Of a DNA stretch of 64,000 bases, positions 62,494 through 64,000 are shown one piece after another. Each line of letters opens with the position of its first letter. Within the stretch, counting starts at the first letter, position 1. Location of the stretch: assembly GCF_009834535.1 (NCBI RefSeq), contig NC_045697.1, forward strand, positions 40,178,001 through 40,242,000. The letters are read 5' to 3'. This DNA is from Camelus ferus (taxonomy: Eukaryota). The notes under the pieces are model-generated. The model was not told where the DNA came from. It saw nothing but the letters and a program-made list of their open reading frames with translations, and ran no database searches. A program made the position numbers and the translations under genes.

Positions 62494-62672
62494 TAGGACT
62501 GAAAGATTTAGAAAATCAAAATAAGCTCAGGATGCTCAGTTAGTTTGAAAGTCAGAAAAACAACGAACCATCTTTTATTATAATGTGCCCCATGCTTACA
62601 CTAAAAGATGATTTGTTGTTCATCTGAAATGCAAATTTAAGTGAGTGTCTTGTACTTTATCTGGCAACACTA
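62494..62672. mobile_element. MER53-like palindromic hAT MITE
   Basis: agatttag..aaat..aaaata...tcagaaaaacaacgaa / ttgttgttcatctgaaat.caaatttaa...tttatctggcaacacta inverted structure. Confidence 0.65.
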
Positions 62673-64000
62673 CTTTTTGGAAAGTTAGGGCCTGTTGTAT
62701 CACACAGTAGCTCAATTTCTAGATTTGTTTGTTTTCTTATGATTGGAATCCATTAAACATTTTTTACAAAAGCATTTCATAGGTCATGGTGTGTCTCCTT
62801 ATTGCATCACACTAGAAGGCACGTATCTGGTGGTCCCCTCAGTGAAGCTGTTTGATTCCTGGATGACAAGGGTGACTACCAAATCCTTCTAGTTAAAAGC
62901 ATCTTCCTCCTGTGGAATTAGTAATTTGTGGGTGGTGTTCTGAGACCAGGTGAATATCTTGTTCCCAATAACCTTTTATGCAATGATTTTAACATTCATT
63001 AGAGATCTTTTCCTGAATCAGTATTATACTGTGGGTTGCAAAATGATTTTGTAATTTTATTATTTCTTCTACATTTATTATTATCTGGCATTTATCTGCA
63101 AAGGAGATCTTTCTTTTATGTTCTCTCTTACTAGTATCACTATATACTAATGGAATTTAAAAATTCAATTTGTCATGCTCCATTACTGCCATTATATTAC
63201 AATGTTTATTCTCCAATTACTCCAGTTTTGAATAGAAGTCCCCTTTAAGTCTGCTGTTTGGCCCCTTAGATGTGATTTCATTTTGTCTTTGAATGCTTCC
63301 TTGCCTTCTATCATTAAAAAGACTTCCCAGGCACGTTATTTACTCACCTTGTCCAAGAACAGGAATCAACCTTTTCCCAAACAGCCTGTGACAGCTATCA
63401 GCTTGCTCCTGTTGGGCTCAGAGGCCACTGCCTCTGCCCTGCTTTGTGATACTGGAGTCGGGCCCTGTAAGCACGGTTCCTTTGCCAGCTGGCACAGTGG
63501 CACGCTTTGTCAGTAGAGGGCACTGGAAGGACGCTGCAGGAAATGGGCTCCTTGTGCTGGTGTGTGTGTGCTCTCTTCCTGCTCCCATGGAGCAGCTGCC
63601 GTGATGTGCTCACAGAACACCCTGTGGAGCTCACACCCTGGCTGGTTTTGCTGGCACCCTGGTGGGCAGCTACTTGCTCAGTTTCCTGCTCCGTTGTGGC
63701 CCATGGTTCCCTGCTTGCAGCCTCAGTCTACTGGCACTCTGGTGGGAAGGGCTCCATTTGGCAAAGTCAGCCCGCAGCTACAGACCAGGTCTGGCCCAGG
63801 ATAGCACTGCAGACTTCTCTGTCATCCCCTGGGCTGCAGTTACACCCTCTTTAATGAAGTCTGAATCTCAGCTTTGGGGAGAGGGTCCCTCTTTCCAAAT
63901 TGGTCCTTATTTGAGTATTCTCAGTTCTATGGTATTATTAAGGTTCTTCTTTTTTTTTTTTTTTTAAAGTTAATCTTCTCTGGTTAATCTCCTGTTTTTA

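Noticed and set aside
63283..63967. Cluster of 77-115 aa ORFs in a GC-richer patch at the window end
   Set aside because: There is no recognisable homology or splice structure, and the ORFs overlap in several frames, consistent with chance.
49600..64000. Neighbouring gene (SPP1 is upstream of PKD2 in human)
   Set aside because: No osteopontin-like or other exon was recognised. The region is mostly LINE, LTR and DNA-transposon remnants.

Overview
This window is mammalian genomic DNA carrying the complete coding region of PKD2 (polycystin-2/TRPP2) on the minus strand. All 15 coding exons were traced by hand with GT-AG boundaries, from ATG at 49107 to TAG at 786. They total 2913 nt, or 970 aa, with no frameshift. 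The window also holds the CpG-island promoter, a 20-codon uORF, the proximal 3'UTR with a miR-17-family 8mer site, and about 14 kb of repeat-rich upstream DNA with no other recognisable gene. Several tRNA-derived SINEs resemble the camelid SINE family, suggesting a camel or alpaca-type genome (inference). I see no new multi-gene system. The most unusual signal is a ~95-bp near-identical duplication of the exon 8 splice acceptor and exon start, bracketing an L1 3' fragment in intron 7, which creates an in-frame decoy exon ending in a stop. A Tyr-to-Cys change in the conserved TOP-domain YENLLLG motif is also notable. Repeat family names and human comparisons come from memory, not database searches.
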